Assembly: GCF_009914755.1 (NCBI RefSeq) | Contig: NC_060929.1 | Direction: 5' to 3' (one strand) | Length of the DNA stretch: 64,000 bases | DNA from: the human T2T-CHM13v2.0 reference genome, Homo sapiens | Shown here: in pieces, positions 28,052 through 39,570 of the stretch | Layout of the letters: the number at the start of each line of letters is the position of its first letter | How positions within the stretch are numbered: position 1 is the stretch's first letter | The notes under the pieces: model-generated | The model's input: the letters and a program-made list of their open reading frames with translations, nothing else | What the model was told of the DNA's origin: nothing | Database searches by the model: none | Translations under genes and position numbers: made by a program

Positions 28052-30091
28052 GTTTGTAAGAAGCGGGGGTTTCCTCTGGTGGGTTAGCTCAATGTCAAAA
28101 AGGGAAGATGTAATTTAAGGGGCAAAAAGAATTTTTAGAACATCAACAACAATCAAATTCTTGAAATAAACAAATTTCTGTTACAAACTTGCAGGGTTTC
28201 CACTTATTAGAGAATGAGTCGCGAGGAGTAGGGTTTTATCCTTGTGTCATGATAGATATTCCCAGGCATGGACAGATAAACCTACACAAACACAGAGTTC
28301 TACAAAATCATTTCCCTTCTGTTAAGACTTACAATCATCATGGAGGGAAGAACGTTAAGGCTAGTGTTTCACTACAGCTTCTTTTATTTAACTAATTACA
28401 TAACCTGGTTACATAGTGACATAGTTAAGTTAGGGGCAAGCTACCCAGAAATTGACTACAGACTTGATGAGGATTTAGACTATGCCACTGTTTAGAGAAC
28501 TGCAGCAGGAGCACCTTCCCGTCCTTCCTCTACACAGATGAAATTGACGTGACTACTGGAAGCATGGCAGAGTGTATTTCCAAGCGAAGATTCCAAGGGG
28601 CATTGAGAAAAAGTTCTTAATTGGCATTGAGTTGGAGCTGCACGCAGATGATAATCAATGAGATGTTTTTCACAGATTGTGCATGTGTGGCACTAGCAAG
28701 GAAACCATGGAGATAGGAACATGTTTTGTTCCTGTGATATCTAATTATTCCTCCTGTACATGACTATGATGAGTTTTGTGATATAACTCAGGAGGAGCGT
28801 CATTGTACTTTATAGGCACCGTATTTGTCCTCCCCCATGAGGAAACTATTAACACAGACTTTGTGATACAGCATGAATGTTTTGATGCCAAGGGAAGGCT
28901 TGCAAATAAATTATTTTCATCAGTGTTAATAGTAATAATAGTGGTAATTACCATTACTCGAAAGTATTATTTTCCTTGTTAATTTCTGTCATTCCAGATT
29001 ACTGTTTAATTTAACATTTCATATATCGTAAAGAATCAAACAAATGCTTAACATTTCTGTAATGAGGGATGTGGGCACATACTCTGCACATGTGCAGATG
29101 GCCGCTGAATCTGCCCTTGGAAAGGAGATGTGCTAATTAATGTGCTGTATTTCCCAAACAATCAGAGGTGTATGCATCATCAAATCAGTTGAAGACATTA
29201 GAATCGAACTCTAACAGTCATATACTTCAGTGATTTTTCAATTCACATTTAGGCAAAGAAAAACTTTGTTCAAACAAAACCTTATCTGGAAATTTGATAT
29301 GTAAAACAAGGAAATTGGAGCTGTTCTGTTTAAAGGACAAGGAGAAATGTTCCTAGTGTCCTCCCAAATTGGACTTCTCTCACCACACCGTCCCACTCCA
29401 TGTGGTTTCTGAGCTTCCAATAACATTGGTGGGGTTAAGATCATGTTTTGCTGCCCCTGAGCCAACCATCTTCCTCATCAATTCATAGAAGTATCTGAGT
29501 GCCAGGGGACAGAGATGTCCCTTATGCACCAGCAGATGATGGGGCCAACGATTCTCAATCCTGGGCTGGCTCTTCACTCCCACTGTGCATGAACATCAGC
29601 AGCAATGCAGAATCATCTTTGCTGATAGTGTTTCCACCCTGCAGATATGACCTCGATCAGTCTCGTAATCATCCTCTGACACATTAAATCCTGTCCTGCT
29701 CCTCTTCAGACACCTTTGATAACTCCCCCTGCTCAGAGGATAAAGCCCAGACTCATTCATATGCGACTGAAATCCCTTAAATGAGACCTCGGTGTCCTTG
29801 ACTGCATCCTTGATCAAGTCCACGCCACAGCCTCACCTACTGCTCACTGGTCCCTGAGACGTTTTCTGAGATGATGGAATCCCCTTAACTCATATTCTCT
29901 ATCAAAATCCTTGTCGCCTTCCAAAGCCTGGTCCAAATGGCAGGTCATTGTACTCTTTCCTCATTGACAGAATGAGTCATGTCCTCCTTTGACCCCTGAA
30001 GTCCACAGCTCTGCTATCACTGAGGGTCTAGCTAGGGGACAGAAACTCTGAATTATTTGGACAGAGAAAAAAATTCTTAACTAGATATGGG

Positions 30092-30555
30092 TATGGGTTT
30101 AATTGCATGTTCCTAAAATTGATGTGAAAGTCCTCATCCTCAGTATCTCAGACCTTATTCAAAAATTGAATTGCTGAACATGTAAGTAGTTAAAGTGAGG
30201 TCACACTGGAGTAGGGTGGGCCCCCAATCTAATATGGCTAATGACCTTATAAGAAGGGGATATTTGAGCACAGAGAGCCCAGAGGAAAAATGCCTCCATC
30301 TGAAGCTGAAGGCAGAGATTGGGGTGAGGCATCTGCAAGTCCAGGAACACCGGAACTGCCAGTACACCCTCAGCTACTGGCAGAGAACATGGCTTTGAGA
30401 TCTTTGAGCTCTTCCCTCACAGCCCTCTGAGGAACCCACTCTGCTGCCACCTTGAACTTGGACCTCCAGCCTCTGGAACTGCCAGGCAATAAGTTTCTGT
30501 TGTTTAGGTTCCCTGTCTTGGCACTTTGTTACAACTGCCCTAGCAAATGAAGACA
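30092..30555. mobile_element. MLT1 (B/C-like) MaLR LTR
   Basis: gtgaggtcacactggagtagggtgggccc...ttggacctccagcctctggaact...actttgttacaactgccctagcaaatgaagaca. Confidence 0.8.
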
Positions 30556-31167
30556 TTATGATGGATTTTCAACAAGTTAGCAGAAAACCCAAAGAGCCAA
30601 CATGAAGTTATGACAGAGGCAATGCGGGAAGCAGCTGCCACCCCTTAGCTAGGGGACAAGGGAGAGCAGGCAGATGGATTGGAGGAGCGCAGAGGCTGAA
30701 ACTCAGGCCTCTAAGACGAACAGAGGCTGGGCTGGTATGGTGTTGTCTGAGGGAATCTGACGGTCTGGCTTGGTAAGTGCTGGACACCTGGACCACTGGA
30801 CTAGTTGCTGCCTGGTGAAGTCAGGTGACCGAGCTGATGTGGAGAGTAACAGGAAGTGACCTGGGCAGGAGGGGTGAGGCCGCTGTGGAGAAGTGCGTTT
30901 AGCAGAGCCTGGCATTGTGCAGCAGAATGTAGAAGGGGGGCTGGCAACTAGGAGATGGACATGTCATAATGGCATATCCCTCCTAGCACTTACTTTTGCC
31001 TTATAGAAAAATTAGGCGTCTGTATGTGTTTCACCTAATTGTCTAATTTAGACATGTAACACAGATATTCAGACAACTGTCTAATTGATTTCAGCTTCTC
31101 CCAGAGCACAAGATACTGTCTATTCCTTATAGTGGTTCCATAAAGCCTTCAGGGAATAAACGAACAA

Positions 31168-31911
31168 AGGGAAAAGGAGGAAGGAAGGAGAGAGGGGGGA
31201 CAAGAGGAAAGAAGGAGGGAGGCAGGACAGGAGGAAGGAAGGAAGAGAAATGGGAGGAAAGAAAGGAGGGAGGAGGGATGGGAGGAAGGAAGGAAGGAGG
31301 AAAGACAGGAAGAAGGAAGGAGTGAGGAGGGACAGGAGTAAGGAAAGAGGGAGGCGGGACAGGAGGAAGGAAGAGAAATGGGAGGAAGAAAGGAGTGAGG
31401 AGGGATGGGAGGAAGGAAGGAGGCAGAGGGATGGGAGGAAGGAAGAAAGAAGGAAGGAAAGAGGGAGGCAGGACAGGAGAAAGGAAGGAAGAGAAATGGG
31501 AGGAAGGAAGGAGGAATGAAAGGAAGAAGGGGGGAGGGACAGGAGGAAGGAAAAAGGGACACAGGACAGAAGGAAGGAAGAGAAATGGGAGAAAGGAAGG
31601 AGGGAGGAGGGATGGGAGGAAGGAAGGAAGAAGGACAGGAGGAAGGAAGGAGGGAGGAGGGATAGGAGGAAGTGAGGAGGATGAGGAAGGAAAGAGGGAG
31701 GCAGGACAGGAGAAAGGAAGGAAGAGAAATGGGAGAAAGGAAGGAAGAAGGAGGGACAGGAGGAGGAAAAGAGGGAGGAGGGACAAGAGGAAGGAAGGAG
31801 GGAGGAGGGACAGGAGGAAGGAAAGAGGGAGGCGGGAAGGAAGGAAGGAAGGAAGAGAAATGGGAGGAAGGAAGGAGGGAGGAGGGATGGGAGGATGGAA
31901 GGAGGGAGGAA
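31168..31911 (+). repeat. Polypurine GA-rich complex repeat
   Basis: About 740 bp almost entirely G/A on the + strand, built from recurring modules (gaagagaaatggga, ggacaggag, gagggatgggagg). Confidence 0.92.
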
Positions 31912-32916
31912 ACAGCAGTCAGGCACTGGTAACAGCTGTGCTGGTGATGGCCCTGTAACATGATGAGCTGCCCCTAGAAGTGCAGAGAGCAGGGGACTGT
32001 CACAGGGTCTGGGAGAAGACAGTGTGGGAAGGGTGACATCATGAGATCAACAAGTCTGTCAGTCCCGGGCCCAGTGGGCGGGCTGTTGAAGGAGGTGCTG
32101 AGGTTCTAATCCTGGATTTATTAAACACTTGCTGAGCGACCTTCGACAAACCACTTAACTCAACCCTAGAGATAATGTCACACAGTCCTCAGTTTGTAAA
32201 ATGATCACTGATCCTTTGCCACTGCTATCACAGCCACAGTGGCAATGTATCTGCTGGCAGTGAGGCACAGCAGCTGATAAAACACAAGGGGGCTCGAATG
32301 TTGTGTTTTTATGGCAGTTTTTTCTTGCCTAATGTACATACGGTAAGCCACGACCTTGGGACCCAAGCATATTCACATGACGGGCTACTAAAGGTTTCCT
32401 CTTTTGCAAAATCTAGAGATGGGGCTTAACTGACAGCTTTGAAATATGCGTGGCAGAAATGACATCGAGATAGCACAATTGGCACATCTATTGTATGGAG
32501 TAAAAGCAGCACGCTGGCCTCCTTGGTTTATGAAGACATCCTACCAGCTAGCTGACTACCCTGGAGTCAAGAAGGAAGAAGTAGAAGTAGCTCGGAGCCC
32601 AGGATCAAATTCATTTTCTAAAATCGAAGCCCCTTCTTGTCTAGAGAGTCTATAAGCCAGACAAAATTCAGAAGTCTTTTTACACAGGAATACGCTGTAT
32701 CAGGGTGGCAAATTTAACCTTTGATAATAACCAATATTGGAAATTTTTAATATATGGAATAATATAATTCTCCTAAACATGACATATTTTTATTTTATTT
32801 AACACTGAAGAGGGGAAACTCTAGAGCTTTTTCTAAGACCTTTTGCCCCAAAGCTAAAGAATATATTGCAGTGTGAGCAATGAACATACCCAGCTAATGA
32901 ACTCTGGTGTTGATTG

Positions 32917-33583
32917 CGTGGGAGAGGCATAGGTGATCATGGATTGTAGTGGGAAAGTATAGGTGATCATGGATGGTAGTGTGAAGGTATAGGTGATTAT
33001 AGATGGTAGTGGGAAGGTGTAGGTGATCATGGATGGTAGTGGGAATGTGTAGGTGATTATAGATTATAGTGGGAAGGTATAGGTGATTATAGATGGTAGT
33101 GGGAAGGTGTAGGTGATCATAGATGGTAATGGGAAGGTATAGGTGATCATGGATGGTAGTGGGAGAGGTATAGGTGATTATAGATTGTAGTGGGAAGGTA
33201 TAGGTGATCATAGATGGTAGTGGGAAGGTGTAGGTGATCATGGGTGGTAGTGGGAAGGTATAGGTAATTATAGATGGTAGTGGGAAGGTATAGGTGATCA
33301 TGGATGGTAGTGGGAGAGGTATAGGTGATTATAGATGGTAGTGGGAAGGTGTAGGTGATTATAGATGGTAGTGGGAAGGTATAGGTTATTATAGATGGTA
33401 GTGGGAAGGTGTAGGTAATTATAGAAGGTAGTGGGAAGGTATAGGTGATTATCGATGGTAGTGGGAGAAGTATAGGTGGTCATGCATGGTAGCGGGAGAG
33501 GTATAGGTGATTATAGATGGTAGTGGGAAGGTGTAGGTGATCATGGGTGGTAGTGGGAGAGGTATAGGTGTTCATGGATGGTA
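32917..33583 (+). repeat. VNTR, 30/31-bp unit, about 22 copies
   Basis: Unit approximately ggtagtgggaaggt(a/g)taggtgat(t/c)at(a/g)gat, head to tail. Confidence 0.95.
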
Positions 33584-33995
33584 TAATAGGCTGAATCATG
33601 CTCCGCCCCATCCCCAAATTCATACATTGAAGCCCTAATCCTCAGTACACCATAATGCCAGTGCATTTGGAGGCAGGGCTTTTAAAGAGGTGATCAAGGT
33701 AAAACGAGGCCATTAGAATGGACTTCTGTCCAATTGAACTGGTGTCCCTTCAAAAGGAGGAAATTTGGACACATAGAAAGACACCAGGGATGCCCATGCA
33801 CCGAGTGGCCAGGAGGCGACACAACAAGAGGCTGCTGGGCCACCTCTAAGCGAGGGAGAGAACACAGAAGGAACCAACCTTGCCAACAACTTAGCCTTGG
33901 ACTCTTAAGCTCCAGAGCAGGGAGAAGACGAACGTCTGCTATTGAAGCCCCCGGTCCCTGGGACTTTGCTTCAGCACTCCCAGCCAAGGCACACA
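33581..33995. mobile_element. MLT1 (A/B-like) MaLR LTR
   Basis: ccaaattcatacattgaagccctaatcctcagt...tttggaggcagggcttttaaagaggtgat...aaccaaccttgccaaca...ccttggact. Confidence 0.75.
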
Positions 33996-36989
33996 GGTGG
34001 ACAGGATTCTGCAGCCTCTCTCAAACCTGGCTCTACCATCAGCAGCATCTGAGAAGGAAATCACTGACAAGGGGGATGCAGAAGTCCTCCTTCCCCCAAA
34101 GAGTGATTGGGAAGGAAGCTGCTTCTCCCCTAAACCTCCAGCAAAAGTGTGGGTGTCCCCTAGGAGCTTTGGGTGACTGCTCTATGGCCCCTTATTAAAA
34201 TGTAGATGTTCTCTCTGCAGGAGATTAAGCTAACCTATCCCTGTCAATTAACAAATATCCTAGGTCATATTAGAATCTTTGATTCGTCTGCCAGTCCCTC
34301 AGTTTATTCCCAAGAGAATGGACCACAGGCCCCATCAATCTTCACTGGAGGTGGCGGGAGCCCAAAAATGGGTCATAGGTGGCATTGAAGGTCAACCCAG
34401 GCAGCCTGCCATCAGCATGAGGACCTTTAGGGCGGGCTCTAAAATAGGGGGGTTTGGGAAGGGCATCTGGAGGAATGCAGAGGACTGAGAAGAGGAACTT
34501 CCCGATCTGGGGATTTTGCCTAGATTGGGCTCCTCTTGGTCACAGGTGTATTATGTTCTAGGGGCTAAATTCCCCACTGGAAATGTGTCTGGGAGAAGAA
34601 AATGTTTCCTCTTCTTCCTCTCTTCTCTTCCACCCCCATGGTATTTTCACCTTTCACAAGCATGCATGCACTCACACAGCACCCAAAGCTGGTGTAAGAT
34701 TGGAAGGTCCGGAGGCCTTTCTTCATGTCCTACAAAAGAGAGGATGGGAGTGGTGGGGGCCTGGCTAAGAACCCCAGACTAGGGTACAGCTCTGGAGATG
34801 ATGTTGGGTGACAGTTATGTAAGAGGCAAAGTCAGAGCAAGAACAGATATGGGACCCATGGTTCAAGGGATATTTTAAGTTTTCCTCCTTAGACTCATTT
34901 CATACCCCAGATTTTTCTATAACAGTGGTCTTGGAATATGCTGGTAGACTGTAAGTGTCTTCAGAACTTCCCAGAAACTTTCCCTGAACTTCCAATGTCT
35001 GTTAGGCTTTGAGACACTATGCTGTGCTGTTGAGCTGGTGTCCCTAAAGTCTGATGAACAGATTTTAACCTATGGGCCCAGGAGGTCTGCTGTTGCACAC
35101 GTTCATTAAAAACCTGAAATGTGCTATGCTTTCTGCTTGGGAGGTGTTTTTTGGGCATATATTTGTCAGTGGATTTTTAAAGAGATTTGTAGTAGGTGGG
35201 CTTTTATCTTTAATAATGTATAAGTGGTTGAGGGCTGATATGAAGTCATTGGAGACAGAACACTGGTCTAAATTTTAAATATTTTTGAAACATCAAACAC
35301 AAATACACCATTTAGTACTTTCCCCTGCTTCCATCACACACATATAAATCCTTTGAGGGTTTTACCGTGAAATCTTCTCTGGATTTGCTCAGCTCTGGGA
35401 AATGTATTTTCCTTTCTAAGCTAGTATCTTACTTCCTCTCTGGTCGTTACTGTCTGTTGTTATTGGGAAGAATATGTGAAGTAAATTGATAAATAAGTTT
35501 TAAGTATGCATCCATGTAGATCTGGTTCTTTGAATGAGACATGCTACTATAACCATAATTGAATGTAATTAAGTGGATAGTATATTTTAACCACTATTGG
35601 TTGTTAGAACATCAATTTCAAAATGCACAGTTATGATAAGAGTCAGGAATTCTAAAAAGAAATAAAAAGTCAATCATTTTTATCAACTTGTTGCATTTTC
35701 TAAACCCCTTCCTACTTGATTGAACACTATACTAATAATATTTGATATTTATCTGACAATAGTTCATGAGCTTACAATTAAAAAAATTATTTGATTATTG
35801 AAATATTAATGAAAATGACAGTGGAATTCAACCAAGTTGATTTGAGTTCTTCTTATTTCCTATCTTCTTTTCAGGAAGAGGGTGAAATGCTCTCTGCCCC
35901 CTCCCTAAACCCCTATGTAAGTTTCCCTGCTGGCATTTCATCATGCAGCAGTGATAGAAAATTCTTAAAGTTGCATTAGATGCACCAGTTGTTGGCATTG
36001 TGTGGAGACAAATTACCTTTGGAGCCTCTCAAAAGTTGTCATGGCTTGGAGTTAGTGGTTCTTGCTTTTGGAAACCAAGAGGAAATGAGGTTGCTCCACA
36101 GTTTAAGACTTAAGAGTTTAGGTCAAAGTCTGGGATGTGGTACCTCCCATTGCTGTAAGTTAAAACAAACAACAAACAAACAAACAAAACAACAACTCCC
36201 TGACAGACTTCTTGTTGGTAGTGTGAATGCCTCAGGGATCAAGAGGAGCTAGGATGGGAGAGGCTCAAGGAGTGCGTGGGACTCGGTGGCTTGACTGGAG
36301 TCTTCTGAAGGATGCATTATTTTGTTTTAAACACTTTCATAAAATGAGTTCACTAGTAGAGAACTGTCCTGACTTGCACCAGGAGGGAAAAAATGGCACT
36401 GAAAGCAACATGAAATAAGTTTTAAGATAAACTCGACTCACATGACAGTCAAAGGATATTAATTTCCAAAGTGACTTGGGCACACACGTGTACATAACAG
36501 GAGCGCACCTCTGTGTGGCCAGGGTCATGCCCACTGCCCTCCGGACTCTACCCACCAGACTGTACCCACCATCTTAGTTTTTGTTGGAGTGTACAGTAAC
36601 AGTCACATACTCAAAGAGTTAAAATAGAAACCTTACACATGCCTGCTCTTAAACTGTAACGTCCTCGTAACAGAAATTCTTATCGGAGGTCTGCATGGTA
36701 CTTCGCAAACAAGACGTTCTACCTTTTAAACAAATAATTCATTAGGTAATTAAATTCAAGTGAGATTACTCTAATTAAATATACACTGCTGTTGAATCAT
36801 AATTTCTATGTGGCCTAGTTAAAGATGAGCTATCTCTTGTTCCTGACAAAAAAAGAAAGCTTTAAAAGAATTCCCCATGGCTGGAAGAACAGATACACAC
36901 GCGCTCCACAGAGGTCATTTCAAGAAGGCGGAGATGCAAACACAACACGGAGAGGGGATGTCTCCTGTCTAGAGATTCCAGGGCAGTTT

Positions 36990-39570
36990 CAGCTTAAGGC
37001 TGCGGGTTAAGGTTAGCGGGACCCGTTGGGAAGCCACAGTGATCCCAGGGCTCTGGGTCACTGCGGGTGCGGGTGCGGGTGCGGGTGCGCACAGCCAGGG
37101 ATCCTGGCGGGAGCCACTGCGGTTTCAGCTGCATCCGATAGGCCCCAAGCGGGAGGCGATTCTGAGGCCAGCGCTGGCCCAAAGACCAGAGGACCTGAGC
37201 AAAATGAAAAGTCACTTTGTTCCTCACGCCGTGCTCAGCCCGGCCTCCTCTAATGACATTAGGAGCCGCAGCCACGACGGCGCTCACGGGGGCGCAGAAG
37301 TCCCGCTGGCTTTGATCCGCGCCTCTCCGCTGCCGAGAGCTGACAGTCGGCTGCGCAGCGGCCCCGCTTTCATTTGTCAGACACGCGTTTGCCGGTGTAC
37401 CCGCGCAGGCAGCTACACCTGTACTGAGAGAATTTACATCGCCTTGCTTCGGGATGGCATTGATTTGGGACGGGTGAAATACAAACACAAACTAATTAAA
37501 AACCGCATAATGGAGCCCTACAGGAACAAGGCAGAAAAACAAATAAATACAAGTGCAGCTGGCACGGCGATGGTGCCTCTGCCCCCGAGCAACCGTCTGG
37601 TGACATCAAATAAGAAGCCCTGAGAACTCTCACACCGCTGCTGTTGTTCATATTGGAGGCATAATGGAAATGATCTGGTTAATTAAGGGGAGGTTTATAA
37701 AATATTTACGTGTGTGCACACGCATGTAATTCACTTCCTTCGACACTGGGGACGGCGTCGTAGCGGCACTCCAGGCCAGGCCACTGCGGTCCATTCCTCT
37801 GCCCTGCGTTTGTGGGAAATACGGGCCCAGTGCCGCAGCTTTAGGGCCTGGGTCGCCCTTGGTCCGCCCGCCGCGTTCCCGGGTGGTGTCCCCACGCTGC
37901 TGAGGACCTGGTTCCGCGATGCTTGCCGCGGGGGGCACTCCCCGCAGCCTGCGACCGTCCTGCGTCCTTCGCTTCTGGGCGTTTCCTTCTGGGGTTTCCT
38001 TGGAGCGGCTCGAGTCGACTCCTCCCGCCTGCCCAACTCAGCTCCGCTCGCCACTGGGTCCCTGCAGCCCTGCACCCTCGGGGCGCTCATTGTAGACTAT
38101 TCTTGGTCCCCAGGGGCCACCGGTCCCTGCCTGGCGTGGCAGGAAAGCGCAGACTGGACACAGGGGTCGGAGCCTAGGGAACCATCGAGTCGCAGCGGCC
38201 GGACCCACCGGGGGTCTCAACAGCTGAGGACTGTCTGACTATTGCCTCAATGTCGCCGACTTGGGTGGCCTCCCAGCTGCTGCTGAGGGACGGTGCGAAG
38301 TCCTAGTGCGTTTTTAAGCAGACTCCTAAGTCTGCGCGCGAGTCGGGGCGCGGCGCCAGGTCAGGCCGCCTCCGTCGCCACCGAGCCGCGGCCCAGCGCA
38401 GAGCCCCGCCATCTGGAGCTGACAGTGGCCATTGTGAAGGCAGGAGGCCAGGGCCGCGCCACCCGTTGCATCCCGCGGCAGGTCTGTGTCGCCTGGTTCT
38501 CGGCGCCAAAGGCTGGTCCCACAGACGGCTTCCGGGAGTGATGCGTCCCCACGAGCATCCTCCTCTTCCTTAGCGACCCCCGGACTGCAGAGCTTCAAGA
38601 CCAGCGAACTGTTTCCCAAGAAATAAAATTGTAAATTAGGAAGCTGTTGGGTATGTTTAATCTTGTCCTGATGTAAATATGCCCCAGGAGGGTGGGGCAG
38701 GGCGGGTGGAATCCTCACCGAGGGTTGGGAGAGAGAAAAGGGAAACGATCTTCTCCAGGAATAAAAAATCCCTCCCATTTAGAAAACTGACTCATAATAA
38801 TAATGATAACAACAGCAGCACCTTGCAAGTAAACTTTCCATGAAGCCTTAACACCAGCTTAATCAAGTTAGCTTAAACTGCAGTTGCACACCAACGCCCG
38901 TCCCCCTCCACTACCGCCTCTGGGCCTTTCCTCTCCTCCCCGCCCAACCCCCACCCCCACAGCCTGCCCCCTGCGCTCCCCGAGACACGCGCGCTCTCTG
39001 CCCATGCCGCTGCAGCCGGAGGCCTGCATCTGTCCCAGCCCTGGACGCGCTGAAGGTCCTAGCTTCCCAGCAGGGGTGTCCCAGTCACTCCCCATTGCCG
39101 AGCTTCGCGGGGTCTTGCCAGCCTTCTGGGCCACGTGCCTTGGGTCCCCGGAGCACTGGGGCCCAAGGGCTTCCGGACTGGATCCCCGGCGCTAAGCAGG
39201 AGGAGCTCCGATTCCGCTGCGCAGCGACCCCTAGACCTGGTTTTGTCAGGCTCCTCGTCTTTGTCTCTGGCACAGTGACCAGGGGGCAGCCACCGGGTGC
39301 GGCCAGCTCCGCCAGGAGCAACTTCCGGAGCAGCGGCAGGGCCTGCCTCAGCCACCCCCTTTGGAGGCAGGAAAAGTGGCTGAGGGGCCAACAAAGTGGC
39401 TCTCTCCTGCCTCAGAGGTCCAGCGCCTCACAGCTGGGGCGTCGGTTTCGAAGGCCAAGCAGAGGGAACCACACAACCTCCCATTCCAATGTCCATCGCC
39501 TTTGCCTGGCACCCCTAGGGCCACCAGAGGGATGGTCCTAGATGCCAGTGATGCTGAGTCCGGGCAGCGG
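36990..39570. promoter_or_regulatory. Upstream CpG island(s)
   Basis: CpG-rich relative to the CpG-depleted flanks. Boundaries are approximate. Confidence 0.7.
37063..37088 (+). repeat. (GCGGGT)4 hexamer repeat
   Basis: Directly visible. Confidence 0.85.

Noticed and set aside
31120-31961. Long ORFs (187-270 aa) on both strands
   Set aside because: Low-complexity translations of the polypurine repeat, which lacks stop codons by composition.
32894-33583. CRISPR-like periodicity and repetitive ORFs (ITYTFPLPS...)
   Set aside because: Head-to-tail units with no unique spacers, no cas genes and a eukaryotic context. It is a VNTR.
39519-39534. Possible CTCF site ggccaccagagggatg
   Set aside because: Only a partial match that lacks the 3' GGC-R-S end. 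It cannot be supported without PWM scoring or ChIP data.
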